Below are positions 17,917 through 26,965 of a DNA stretch of 38,162 nucleotides, piece by piece. The notes below the pieces were generated by a model that did no database searches, was not told where the DNA came from, and saw only the letters and a program-made list of their open reading frames with translations. Every line of letters begins with the position of its first letter. Within the stretch, counting starts at the first letter, position 1. The stretch is from a virus (Duplodnaviria; Caudoviricetes): positions 1-38,162 of the IMG/VR virus record IMGVR_UViG_3300039180_001510; one strand, given 5' to 3'. A program made the translations under genes and the position numbers.

Positions 17917-19956
17917 ATGGCAGAAACATTATTATCTCCAGGTGTATTAGCAAGGGAAAATGACCAATCGTTTATTGGCGCTAGACCTGTTACTTTTGGT
18001 GCCGCTATTATTGGCCCAGCAACAAAAGGACCAGTTGGAATACCAACAGCGGTGTCTACTTTTTCTCAATATGAAGCAATTTTTGGTTCATCAGTAGAAA
18101 GTGGATCTCAATTTTACACATATTTAAATTCTATCTCAGCAAGAAATTATTTTGCACAAGGTGGAGAATCATTACTAGTAACACGTGTTGTTACCGGTTC
18201 TTTCCTTTCAGCAAATTCAGCAATTCCTAGTAGCTTAACTGATGGTACATTAGCAATAGGTGAAAACGTATTATTATCTTCTTTTACAAATGCAGCTGCT
18301 TTTAATGCTACGGGTAGTACAGGTAATGTAGTAATACCAAACCTATCACCTGCAACAGATGGCGCAGGTGCCTCTGCAGTATTTACAGTTAAATTAGCTA
18401 CACAAACAGTAGCACAAACTTCTAGTGCTATATCTTCAATTGAAGTTACAACTATAGGTACTGGTTATGAAGTAGGAGATACATTAACTTTTACATCACA
18501 ATCTTTAGGAGCAACAGTTCCTGCCGGAACAGACGCAACTTTTACACTTACAGCTTCTGATTTAAATGCAACCGCTTCATTTACAATTAAAACAATATCT
18601 GAAGGTGCTAACATGAATAACTACCAGGCAGTTGATTCAGCTAATGGTACTTTAAATGAAGGAACAGCAGAAAATATTAGATGGGAAGTAGCATCTGTAA
18701 ACACAGCATCAGGTCAATTTTCATTATTAGTAAGAAGAGGAAATGATACTGCAACTTCAAGAGCAGTATTAGAAACATATAATAACTTATCTTTAGACCC
18801 AACTGCAGTAAACTATGTATCAAAAGTTATTGGTGACACGTATTATACAGTAGAAGAGGATGGAACAGATTCCTTTGTTAAAACCAATGGTAATTACCCA
18901 CAAAGAAGTGCTTATATTTATGTAGAATCAGTAACATTACCTACACCACAATATTTTGACAATAACGGAACTGCAAAATCTATATATACCGGTAGTTTAC
19001 CAGTAATACAATCAGGTTCATTTGCAAATGCTGCAGGTGTTAATTATGGAACTAGAACAGCATTATTTAACGAAAATATTTCATCAGTTGATGTACAAGG
19101 TTTATCCCCAAGCAATTATACAGAATCAATTAATCTTTTGAGCAACTCAGATGATTACCAATTTAATGTAATTACAGCACCAGGATTAAATTCTCAAGAC
19201 CATTCAAGTACTGTTACAAAATTAGTAACACTTGCACAAGGTAGAACTGATTGTATAGCAGTAATTGATGTTGCAGCGTTTAACGCATCAATTGGTACAG
19301 TTACAACACAAGCAACAGCTTATGATAGCTCATATGCAGCAACTTATTGGCCGTGGTTACAAACGGTAGATGCCGGAACCGGACAAACAGTTTGGGCACC
19401 CGCTTCAACATATATTCCTGCAGTTTACGCATTTACAGATGCTTCATCAGATCCATGGTTTGCACCAGCAGGTTTGCTTAGAGGAGCTTTAGGAAGTGTA
19501 GTAAGAGCAGAAAGAAAATTAACATCAGGTAATAGAGATACTTTATACGAAGCAAATGTAAACCCAATTGCAACATTCCCAGGAAGTGGAGTTGTAGTAT
19601 TTGGACAAAAAACATTACAGAAAAGAGCAAGTGCTTTAGATAGAGTAAATGTGCGTAGATTATTAATTGCACTTAAAGGATATATAACACAAGTATCAGA
19701 TAACTTAGTATTTGAACAAAATACAAATGCAACAAGAAACAACTTCTTAGCAAATGTAAACCCATACTTAGAATCAGTACAACAAAGACAAGGATTATAT
19801 GCTTTTAAAGTAGTAATGGATGCTACAAACAATACACCGGATGTAATTGATAGAAATGAGCTAGTAGGTCAGATTTACTTACAACCAACCAAAACAGCAG
19901 AATTCGTTATTTTAGATTTCAATGTTTTACCAACTGGAGCAACATTTCCTGAATAA
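17917..19956 (+). CDS. Contractile tail sheath protein (gp18-like)
   Basis: LSPGV, YWPW, PWFAPAG, LYEANVNPI, FGQKTL, DRVNVRRL and PTKTAEF motifs. Confidence 0.95.
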   Translation: MAETLLSPGVLARENDQSFIGARPVTFGAAIIGPATKGPVGIPTAVSTFSQYEAIFGSSVESGSQFYTYLNSISARNYFAQGGESLLVTRVVTGSFLSANSAIPSSLTDGTLAIGENVLLSSFTNAAAFNATGSTGNVVIPNLSPATDGAGASAVFTVKLATQTVAQTSSAISSIEVTTIGTGYEVGDTLTFTSQSLGATVPAGTDATFTLTASDLNATASFTIKTISEGANMNNYQAVDSANGTLNEGTAENIRWEVASVNTASGQFSLLVRRGNDTATSRAVLETYNNLSLDPTAVNYVSKVIGDTYYTVEEDGTDSFVKTNGNYPQRSAYIYVESVTLPTPQYFDNNGTAKSIYTGSLPVIQSGSFANAAGVNYGTRTALFNENISSVDVQGLSPSNYTESINLLSNSDDYQFNVITAPGLNSQDHSSTVTKLVTLAQGRTDCIAVIDVAAFNASIGTVTTQATAYDSSYAATYWPWLQTVDAGTGQTVWAPASTYIPAVYAFTDASSDPWFAPAGLLRGALGSVVRAERKLTSGNRDTLYEANVNPIATFPGSGVVVFGQKTLQKRASALDRVNVRRLLIALKGYITQVSDNLVFEQNTNATRNNFLANVNPYLESVQQRQGLYAFKVVMDATNNTPDVIDRNELVGQIYLQPTKTAEFVILDFNVLPTGATFPE

Positions 19957-19970
19957 AAAAAATAATTACA

Positions 19971-19984
19971 ATATTTATAATAAA
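19971..19984 (+). promoter_or_regulatory. Putative late promoter ATATTTATAATAAA
   Basis: Exact motif upstream of tube gene. Confidence 0.75.
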
Positions 19985-19995
19985 AATATATAACA

Positions 19996-20484
19996 ATGGC
20001 AGTATTAGACCCAAACGAAATATTTTACACAGCATTCGAACCTAAACAAAAGAACAGGTTTATACTGTATGTAGATGGAATTCCTTCATACCAAATTAAA
20101 GGTATGGGAGCAGTTTCATTAACCCAAGGTACAGTTCAATTGAACCATATCAACGTTGCAAGATACGTAAAAGGTAAAACACTTTGGAACACGATTCAAA
20201 TGACATTATTTGATCCAATTACTCCAAGTGGTGCTCAGGCATGTATGGAATGGGTTAGATTACACCATGAATCAGTAACAGGTAGAGATGGTTATAGTGA
20301 TTTCTATAAAAAGGATTTAACTATGAACGTATTAGGACCTGTAGGTGATATCGTTTCAGAATGGATTATCAAAGGAGCTATGATTACTGATGCTAATTTC
20401 GGAGATTATAGTTGGGATGATGAAAGTGCAGCAGTAGAACTACAATTAACAGTTCAACCTGATTACTGTATCTTAAATTTCTAA
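19996..20484 (+). CDS. Tail tube protein (gp19-like)
   Basis: 162 aa directly after sheath; NRF...W...YKKD...W..KGA pattern. Confidence 0.88.
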   Translation: MAVLDPNEIFYTAFEPKQKNRFILYVDGIPSYQIKGMGAVSLTQGTVQLNHINVARYVKGKTLWNTIQMTLFDPITPSGAQACMEWVRLHHESVTGRDGYSDFYKKDLTMNVLGPVGDIVSEWIIKGAMITDANFGDYSWDDESAAVELQLTVQPDYCILNF

Positions 20485-20512
20485 GAAAACAATTAAATAA
20501 TTTATCAAAATT

Positions 20513-20536
20513 GCTTGGCTCACGCCAAGCTTTTTT
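20513..20536 (+). terminator. Rho-independent terminator after tube gene
   Basis: GCTTGGC-TCAC-GCCAAGC followed by TTTTTT. Confidence 0.88.
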
Positions 20537-20545
20537 GTATTTTAC

Positions 20546-20555
20546 ATATGTATGA
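20546..20555 (+). promoter_or_regulatory. Possible degenerate late promoter ATATGTATGA
   Basis: Two mismatches to ATATTTATAA; placed just after a terminator like the variants at 11063 and 14025. Confidence 0.4.
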
Positions 20556-20588
20556 GTGATAACAAAGTTTTAATTAAATAAAGATTAT

Positions 20589-21320
20589 ATGAGTGAATTT
20601 AAATTCCCAACGGAAGAAATCGAATTACCGTCTAAAGGATTAATTTATCCTAAAGACAATCCACTATCTAGTGGTAAGGTAGAAGTAAAATATATGACTG
20701 CGAAGGAAGAAGATATCCTATCAAACCAATCCTTTATCCAAAAGGGTGTCGTGTTAGATAAACTATTAAAGTCCGTGATAATAAATAAAGACATAAACAT
20801 TGACGATTTAATCGTAGGTGACAAAAATTCATTATTAATAGCCACTAGAATTTTAGGGTATGGTAAGGAATACAACATAACAGTTAAAGGAGTTGATTAT
20901 GTTATAGATATGACAACTTTAGAACATAAGGACATTGATAAGTCAACATTCGTAAGAGGTGAAAACGAATTCCCCTTTACTTGCCCTTCAACGGGCACAG
21001 TATTAACATACAAACTAGCCACGGGTAAAATTGAAAAAAATATAGATAGAGAAATAGCAGGTCTTAAAAAAATCAACAAAGAAAATTCATCTGAATTAAC
21101 TACTAGATTAAAATATTTAATATCTTCTGTAGATGGAGATAGTGAAACAAAAACAATTAGAGAATTTGTAGACTATAGATTCTTAGCAAGGGACTCAAGG
21201 TCATTCAGAGAACACGTAAATAAAACTCAACCAGATGTAAACTTATCTTATATTTTAGATAATGGAGAGGAGGCTTTAATCCCTATTGGGATTAACTTTT
21301 TTTGGCCTGACTACAACTAA
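20589..21320 (+). CDS. Baseplate hub assembly/tail assembly chaperone (T4 gp26-like)
   Basis: IELPSKG, MTAKEEDIL and C-terminal FFWP; between tube and tape measure. Confidence 0.7.
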   Translation: MSEFKFPTEEIELPSKGLIYPKDNPLSSGKVEVKYMTAKEEDILSNQSFIQKGVVLDKLLKSVIINKDINIDDLIVGDKNSLLIATRILGYGKEYNITVKGVDYVIDMTTLEHKDIDKSTFVRGENEFPFTCPSTGTVLTYKLATGKIEKNIDREIAGLKKINKENSSELTTRLKYLISSVDGDSETKTIREFVDYRFLARDSRSFREHVNKTQPDVNLSYILDNGEEALIPIGINFFWPDYN

Positions 21321-21603
21321 CTCTCCTCAGGTTAGAATTAACCTCTTCAACATAATTCATCAAATTATCTTCCACGGTAAGGGTGGGTATGATTTCTATA
21401 CAGTGTATAATATGCCTATATGGTTAAGAAAATACACATTCAATGAGATAAAAAACTTTTATTCCGAGGAAAAGAAAGCCACCGAAAGTGCATCTAGTGG
21501 TGGTAAGGGTGCAAAAAATCTAGTTAACCCCGATGGTAAGGTAAACACACCTGCATTTTCCGAAGCAAGTAAACCATACAAGGGGCAAACAAGTTATAAT
21601 TAG
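21286..21603 (+). CDS. Second tail chaperone ORF (gp51/GT-like), probably reached by frameshift
   Basis: Overlaps upstream gene in +1 frame across a T7 run; only TTG start near 5' end; YNMPIWLR motif. Confidence 0.6.
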   Translation: MGLTFFGLTTTNSPQVRINLFNIIHQIIFHGKGGYDFYTVYNMPIWLRKYTFNEIKNFYSEEKKATESASSGGKGAKNLVNPDGKVNTPAFSEASKPYKGQTSYN

Positions 21604-21605
21604 TA

Positions 21606-21619
21606 ATATTTATAATAAA
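21606..21619 (+). promoter_or_regulatory. Putative late promoter ATATTTATAATAAA
   Basis: Exact motif upstream of tape measure gene. Confidence 0.75.
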
Positions 21620-21628
21620 ATCACCTAG

Positions 21629-24166
21629 ATGTCAAAAGAGCAAGAAAAAAATGCTATAAGTATAAAACAGTTAATGGCCGATCAAAATCGGTTATTAGCT
21701 GAGCAAAATAAACTAGCAAAGGATAGATTAGGCACAGATAAAGATACACTAACAAATAGCCAAGACATATCCAACGTACTAAAGGATCAAACAAAACTAT
21801 TAACCTTCCAAAAGGCAGAGAAAAGTGCCATATTAAGATCCACTAACTCTATAACAAAACTATCAGAAAAACTTACTTCTTTAAGTAAAAAAGAGTTGGG
21901 TGATAGTAAGGCGATATCAAACTTAGCAAAAGACAGAGCTAAGATAAATAAGGATATAATTTTACTAAAGAATACTCAAAGAAATCTTACTAAAAACACA
22001 AAAGGCCTTACCGAAGACCAGTACAAGTTAAACGTTAACTTAGCAGATAGTATAGAGGATCAAATAAACAATGCAATAGCCTTAAAGGTTGAATTGCAAA
22101 CTATTGAAAATGTAGCAGGTAAAATATCAGAGTCCTCAGGTGTTAAAAATTTCCAAGGAATTACTGAATTTGTAAAATCAGTCCCAGGGTTATCAGGATT
22201 TTCAAGTACTTTCGAAGCAGCAGCCGACGCCTCTAAGGATATAGCCGCCGAAATGGAGGGTACTAATTTTGGTATTGAGAAATTTAAACTTTTAAGAGAT
22301 GAAGGTGTAGGAATGCAAGATGCTTTAGAACAGGCAGGTATTTCTGCTAGTGATCTAAAAATTAATGGGGGGAAAGGATTCTCACAAGGTGCCATAGATA
22401 TAGCATCAATGGACGCAGGGGCTGCAAAATTAAAATCATCATTTAAAAAGGCACTGGGTCCTATAGCTATATTAGCCTTTATTGCCAATGAGATGTTTGC
22501 GGCTTTAAAGGCATCAGATGCCTCAACCGGTGAATTAGCTAAGAATATGAATATGTCATATTCCGAGGCCAGTTCATTACGTTCCGAACTCCAATCAATT
22601 TCAAATCTTTCAGGTGATGTACTAATAAACTCAAAAGGATTACAAGAATCCCTCATAGCGGTTAATGCCGAATTAGGAACTAATGTAATGCTTAACTCAG
22701 AAAACCTAAAGACTTATACCCTACTAAGGGAGGCATCAGGACTTTCAATGGAAGACCAAAAGGGTATAGTTGCCTTAACAAACGCCACTAAAGGTAACGC
22801 CGAAGATATTACAAAAGAAATTTTAGGCCAAGCAAAAATAACAGCAACTAATAATAAAGCAGTCTTAAATGAAAAAACACTATTAAAAGACATCTCAAAT
22901 ATATCAGCGGCAACAACATTATCCTTTGGTAAAGATGCTGGTTTAATAGGAGAAACAGTAGCTACTGTAAAATCTTTAGGTATGGAAATGAGTAAAGTAA
23001 ACGCAATAGCGGATAGTTTACTTGATTTTGAGTCCTCTATAGAAAACGAACTGTCAGCAGAATTGTTATTAAACAAGGATTTAAATTTAGAAAAAGCAAG
23101 ACAATATGCGCTAAATAATGATTTAGCAGGGGTAGCTAGAGAGATAGCAGAACAAGCAGGAACATCTGCCGAGTTTGGGGAAATGAATAGAATCAAACAG
23201 GAATCATTAGCCAAAGCTGTTGGTATGGGTAGAGAAGAACTAGCAAAGACCTTATTTGTCCAAGAGCAAATAGGAAATTTATCAAAAGAAGAAGCAGACT
23301 TAAGGGAACAAAGGATAAATAAATTACAAGAAGAAGGTTTATCCAATGAGCAAATTAAAAAGAAACTTGGGGAAGAATCTTTTAAGGATTTACAAAACCA
23401 AGCATCCGTACAAGAGAGACTAAATAAATCAGTTGAAAAGTTAAGGGAAGTATTTATATCCATAGCGGGCCCAGTAATGCAATTAGTCTCTCCAATCATC
23501 GACTTACTCATCCCGGCTATAACATCTATAGTTTGGCTACTCGAACCCGTCTTTACCATGTTTAGAGGTATATCTGAAATATTAACAGGTAGCTTTGATA
23601 CCCTTTCAGGGTGGGAGTTAGCACTAGGGGGTATGGCAGTAACCGTAGGTGTATTTTATGCTACTATGAAGGGAATAGCAGCAGTCCAAGGGGTTATAAA
23701 CGTATTAAAAGCCTCAGAGAATAGCCTAAGTTTAAAAGGTATTGCAATAGCAATAAGAGAAAAAGCAATAAAATACAGTTCGGCTATAGTAGAGGTTGTT
23801 AAGGGTGCGTGGTCAAGTTTTGGACCAATCCCTATTGTTGGTGGTATTTTAGCCGCGGGGGCGGCTATTGCTGGTATCGCGTATTTAGCATCAAATTCTA
23901 AAAAAGCAGGTGACGTTAACTCCCCAGCGGATGGTAAAACACAAATATCTACCAAAGAAGGGGGATTATTTGAGTTATCCAAAAATGACGATATAGTAGC
24001 ATTCCCGGGAGCATCAAAAATGGCGGCAAACGCACAAGGTGGTAGTAACACAACCGTTGTTCAAGCACCTGAAAATAAGAAAACAAACGAACTTTTAGAG
24101 GCTATATTTAAAGTACAAAATAAACAACCTCAATTATCATCAATAGGTTTATACGAAGTACAATAA
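21629..24166 (+). CDS. Tail tape measure protein
   Basis: 845-aa helical Ala/Leu/Ser-rich protein with C-terminal hydrophobic segments, after chaperones. Confidence 0.82.
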   Translation: MSKEQEKNAISIKQLMADQNRLLAEQNKLAKDRLGTDKDTLTNSQDISNVLKDQTKLLTFQKAEKSAILRSTNSITKLSEKLTSLSKKELGDSKAISNLAKDRAKINKDIILLKNTQRNLTKNTKGLTEDQYKLNVNLADSIEDQINNAIALKVELQTIENVAGKISESSGVKNFQGITEFVKSVPGLSGFSSTFEAAADASKDIAAEMEGTNFGIEKFKLLRDEGVGMQDALEQAGISASDLKINGGKGFSQGAIDIASMDAGAAKLKSSFKKALGPIAILAFIANEMFAALKASDASTGELAKNMNMSYSEASSLRSELQSISNLSGDVLINSKGLQESLIAVNAELGTNVMLNSENLKTYTLLREASGLSMEDQKGIVALTNATKGNAEDITKEILGQAKITATNNKAVLNEKTLLKDISNISAATTLSFGKDAGLIGETVATVKSLGMEMSKVNAIADSLLDFESSIENELSAELLLNKDLNLEKARQYALNNDLAGVAREIAEQAGTSAEFGEMNRIKQESLAKAVGMGREELAKTLFVQEQIGNLSKEEADLREQRINKLQEEGLSNEQIKKKLGEESFKDLQNQASVQERLNKSVEKLREVFISIAGPVMQLVSPIIDLLIPAITSIVWLLEPVFTMFRGISEILTGSFDTLSGWELALGGMAVTVGVFYATMKGIAAVQGVINVLKASENSLSLKGIAIAIREKAIKYSSAIVEVVKGAWSSFGPIPIVGGILAAGAAIAGIAYLASNSKKAGDVNSPADGKTQISTKEGGLFELSKNDDIVAFPGASKMAANAQGGSNTTVVQAPENKKTNELLEAIFKVQNKQPQLSSIGLYEVQ

Positions 24167-24170
24167 TTTA

Positions 24171-24184
24171 ATATTTATAATAAA
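24171..24184 (+). promoter_or_regulatory. Putative late promoter ATATTTATAATAAA
   Basis: Exact motif upstream of 24195. Confidence 0.75.
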
Positions 24185-24194
24185 ACACACAATT

Positions 24195-24422
24195 ATGAGC
24201 TTATTAGACAAATTAATATCGGGCCAAGCGGCGGCAACAAGTTTGAGTGGTACAACACCAAACACACCAGAATTCCAAATGTCTACTCTACATAAAGAGT
24301 ATTCTACTATAGGAAATCCTGCGGCTAACGCAGTAACTCCTTTAAACGGAGTTCTACCCCAACCTTCAAATTTAGAATCACCAACAGCACCTACAAGATA
24401 TTTGGATAACCTCCCAGGTTAA
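24195..24422 (+). CDS. Small hypothetical tail/virion protein
   Basis: 75-aa Pro/Thr-rich ORF after late motif; ends YLDNLPG. Confidence 0.65.
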   Translation: MSLLDKLISGQAAATSLSGTTPNTPEFQMSTLHKEYSTIGNPAANAVTPLNGVLPQPSNLESPTAPTRYLDNLPG

Positions 24423-24431
24423 TAGTAGGAT

Positions 24432-26636
24432 ATGGCGTTAGTTAACATGACCACCAACCTTAAATCATTAAGGTATGGCAAAGATACAGTTGGAGGAGGA
24501 AATAGTAACCAACCTTATGTAAAAGCACAAATCCCAGACGATCTTTCTGATGTAGGAAGAACAGGTGGTCCAGATTTTTTACTACGAGGAGGTACACTAT
24601 TACCTAAGATTATTATTAAGGATGTTTCGAGAATGGCTCAAATGTTCTTTGACTTTAAATCACCTAAGGGTCCTTTATTTATAGCAAAACAAAATTTACT
24701 ATCTTTAACTAATGTTAATTCAAGTGCTGGTTACGAACCTTTCGTAGAAAAAAAAGGTGAAGGATTTTTAGGTCAAATAGGAGCATTTATTAAAAACAAT
24801 ATTTCTATAAACCAAGGTATCTACACACCTCTATCTACATTAGGTCAAACTGCTGGTAATGCTTTAGGAATTCATTTAAATAAACAAGGATTAAACCCCC
24901 TTGCAAAAACCTCTATAGGATCCAAAGACGGAAACACCCTTTTGGGCCTACCTACATATTTAAACACTATTTATACCCCGGGTATTAACGGTAATAAAAG
25001 TAGATTATTACCTCTGGTGGATAAAATTAACACGAACACTACAGATAACGTATTATACACATATAGTGGCGGGCCTGGTGCTACCTTAGGGGTAGGTAAG
25101 ACTAATATTATGATGGTTGGAGACCAAAGAACGGGTGTCAACAATATTTATACTATAAGACAACAACCTAAAGTAACATGGGGGTCTCCTCAGGACTTTT
25201 CATTTACTTCATCACCTTTCACACCACCTTCATTCTCATATTCATTATCACCTCCACCTGTCTCTAATTTTGGTCTTAGCACCTTTAACCCTTCCCTAAA
25301 TACTAACAGTATTGGAAGTGGAGGAAAAACTTCTTATACTATAGGAGGTAGGAATATTAGCCCAACAGTAAATGATGATAGTCTAAGTAATGACATTACA
25401 AATGATCAATTTCTTAGAGTAGGAGCTAGTGCTGCTTATTTAGGAAATAATTTTATATTACAAAATGCAAACACTTCAATTAAGGAGGCGTTTTTAGGAA
25501 ATGGTAGAGCAAAAACTTTTAGTGTTTATGAGACCAGTATTAACCCCTTTTCTTTAGTTACAAAAACTGATGAAGGAGCGTTCAAGAGTGGTATACAAAA
25601 TATAATTTCAAGACAAGTTCTCACACAAGAACAAATATCATCCTATGTACCAACAAGTAAGGATAACCTATCAAAACCATCATTTACGACTGTAATTGCA
25701 CCTAGTGGTTCTCAAGAAATCCCTGCTACTTTAGATTATACAAGAAAAAACATTGAATCCCGAGTAAATCTAGGTGATCCTGGTAAGCGTGGGAATTTAA
25801 GTAGCTACACTATTGGTAAAAGATTAGAGGGTACAAACACACCAGACTCTGCTTTATTAAATGAAAGAGGAGCATTAGATAAAATTACTGCTCTTCCTAT
25901 ATACCAATCAAGTGGTGTAACTGGTAATACAGTTAAAAATGATTTAGTAAAATTCAGAATTGGTGTTATAGATAACGATAACCCATCTTTAAAAACTTAT
26001 GTTCATTTTAGAGCATTTATTGATAGCTTCTCAGATTCGTATTCTGCAGATTGGAAAGCCAACTCTTACATGGGTAGAGGAGAAAAATTTTACAAATATA
26101 GTGGGTTTGATAGAACAGTAAGCATGGCTTGGACGGTAGCTGCTCAATCTAAACAAGAACTTATACCAATGTACCAAAAATTAAATTACCTAGCATCAGT
26201 ATGTGCACCTGACTATTCAGATGCCGGATATATGAGGGGTAATTTAGTAACTTTAACTGTAGGTGGTTATTTCCAGGAACAGGTAGGTATTATGACTGGT
26301 CTTAACTTTGATATACCACAAGAATCCCCTTGGGAAATAGCAATACCTGATAATAATAATATTTTAACAACAGGTGCAGAGGGTAATGAAATTTTCACTG
26401 ACCCCTCAGTTAAAGAAATGCCCTTAATTGTTAAAGTAACAGGGTTTAATTTTATTCCAATTCACGATTTTGTTCCTAGAGTACAACAAAATTCCTTTGC
26501 TAATGGGAAACCAGTAGGATCAGGAGGAACATTTGTTGGAAAATATGGAAAAGAGCATTACATTAACCTAGCAGCGGGTTCAGGAAATAACTATGACGGT
26601 CAAGGTGATAATTTAAATTATATTCCTAAAAAATAA
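24432..26636 (+). CDS. Baseplate/tail-tube initiator protein (gp48/gp54-like C-terminal domain)
   Basis: C-terminal FRAFIDSFSDSYSADW...MGRGE..YKYSGFDRTVS resembles tube-fold initiator; synteny after tape measure. Confidence 0.6.
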   Translation: MALVNMTTNLKSLRYGKDTVGGGNSNQPYVKAQIPDDLSDVGRTGGPDFLLRGGTLLPKIIIKDVSRMAQMFFDFKSPKGPLFIAKQNLLSLTNVNSSAGYEPFVEKKGEGFLGQIGAFIKNNISINQGIYTPLSTLGQTAGNALGIHLNKQGLNPLAKTSIGSKDGNTLLGLPTYLNTIYTPGINGNKSRLLPLVDKINTNTTDNVLYTYSGGPGATLGVGKTNIMMVGDQRTGVNNIYTIRQQPKVTWGSPQDFSFTSSPFTPPSFSYSLSPPPVSNFGLSTFNPSLNTNSIGSGGKTSYTIGGRNISPTVNDDSLSNDITNDQFLRVGASAAYLGNNFILQNANTSIKEAFLGNGRAKTFSVYETSINPFSLVTKTDEGAFKSGIQNIISRQVLTQEQISSYVPTSKDNLSKPSFTTVIAPSGSQEIPATLDYTRKNIESRVNLGDPGKRGNLSSYTIGKRLEGTNTPDSALLNERGALDKITALPIYQSSGVTGNTVKNDLVKFRIGVIDNDNPSLKTYVHFRAFIDSFSDSYSADWKANSYMGRGEKFYKYSGFDRTVSMAWTVAAQSKQELIPMYQKLNYLASVCAPDYSDAGYMRGNLVTLTVGGYFQEQVGIMTGLNFDIPQESPWEIAIPDNNNILTTGAEGNEIFTDPSVKEMPLIVKVTGFNFIPIHDFVPRVQQNSFANGKPVGSGGTFVGKYGKEHYINLAAGSGNNYDGQGDNLNYIPKK

Positions 26637-26638
26637 TA

Positions 26639-26959
26639 ATGAGCAGATATACAAAAATAAAAACTACCTCAATAGAAACCAAAAAGGGTTTAAGGGGCAC
26701 TCCATATTATAGAGGTGTTAAATATCCTGCAATTCCTTTAGAATTTTCGGATATATATGTTTATGCTGAAGAGGGGGATAGGTTTGATATTTTAGCTCAA
26801 CAATACTATGGCAATTCATCACTTTGGTGGATTATTACAACAGCAAACGATTTTTTAAAACAAGATTCCTATTTCTTACCTTTAGGGGTTCAAATAAGAA
26901 TCCCTACATCAATAGGAGCGATACAAGCAGAATATGATTTATTAAATCAAAGAAGATAA
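26639..26959 (+). CDS. LysM-like baseplate wedge protein (gp53/tail X-like)
   Basis: EGDRFDILAQQYYGNSSLWWII...QIRIP pattern. Confidence 0.75.
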   Translation: MSRYTKIKTTSIETKKGLRGTPYYRGVKYPAIPLEFSDIYVYAEEGDRFDILAQQYYGNSSLWWIITTANDFLKQDSYFLPLGVQIRIPTSIGAIQAEYDLLNQRR

Positions 26960-26965
26960 AAGGTT

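Noticed and set aside
22060-24051. Long minus-strand ORFs (198, 281, 131 aa) opposite the tape measure gene
   Set aside because: Fully antisense to a well-supported gene, in register with its codons; no recognisable motifs or promoter signals.
25144-25152. Intragenic ATATTTATA matches (here and near 37530)
   Set aside because: Inside coding sequence, lacking the following A/TAAA and not near a start codon; expected by chance in AT-rich DNA.
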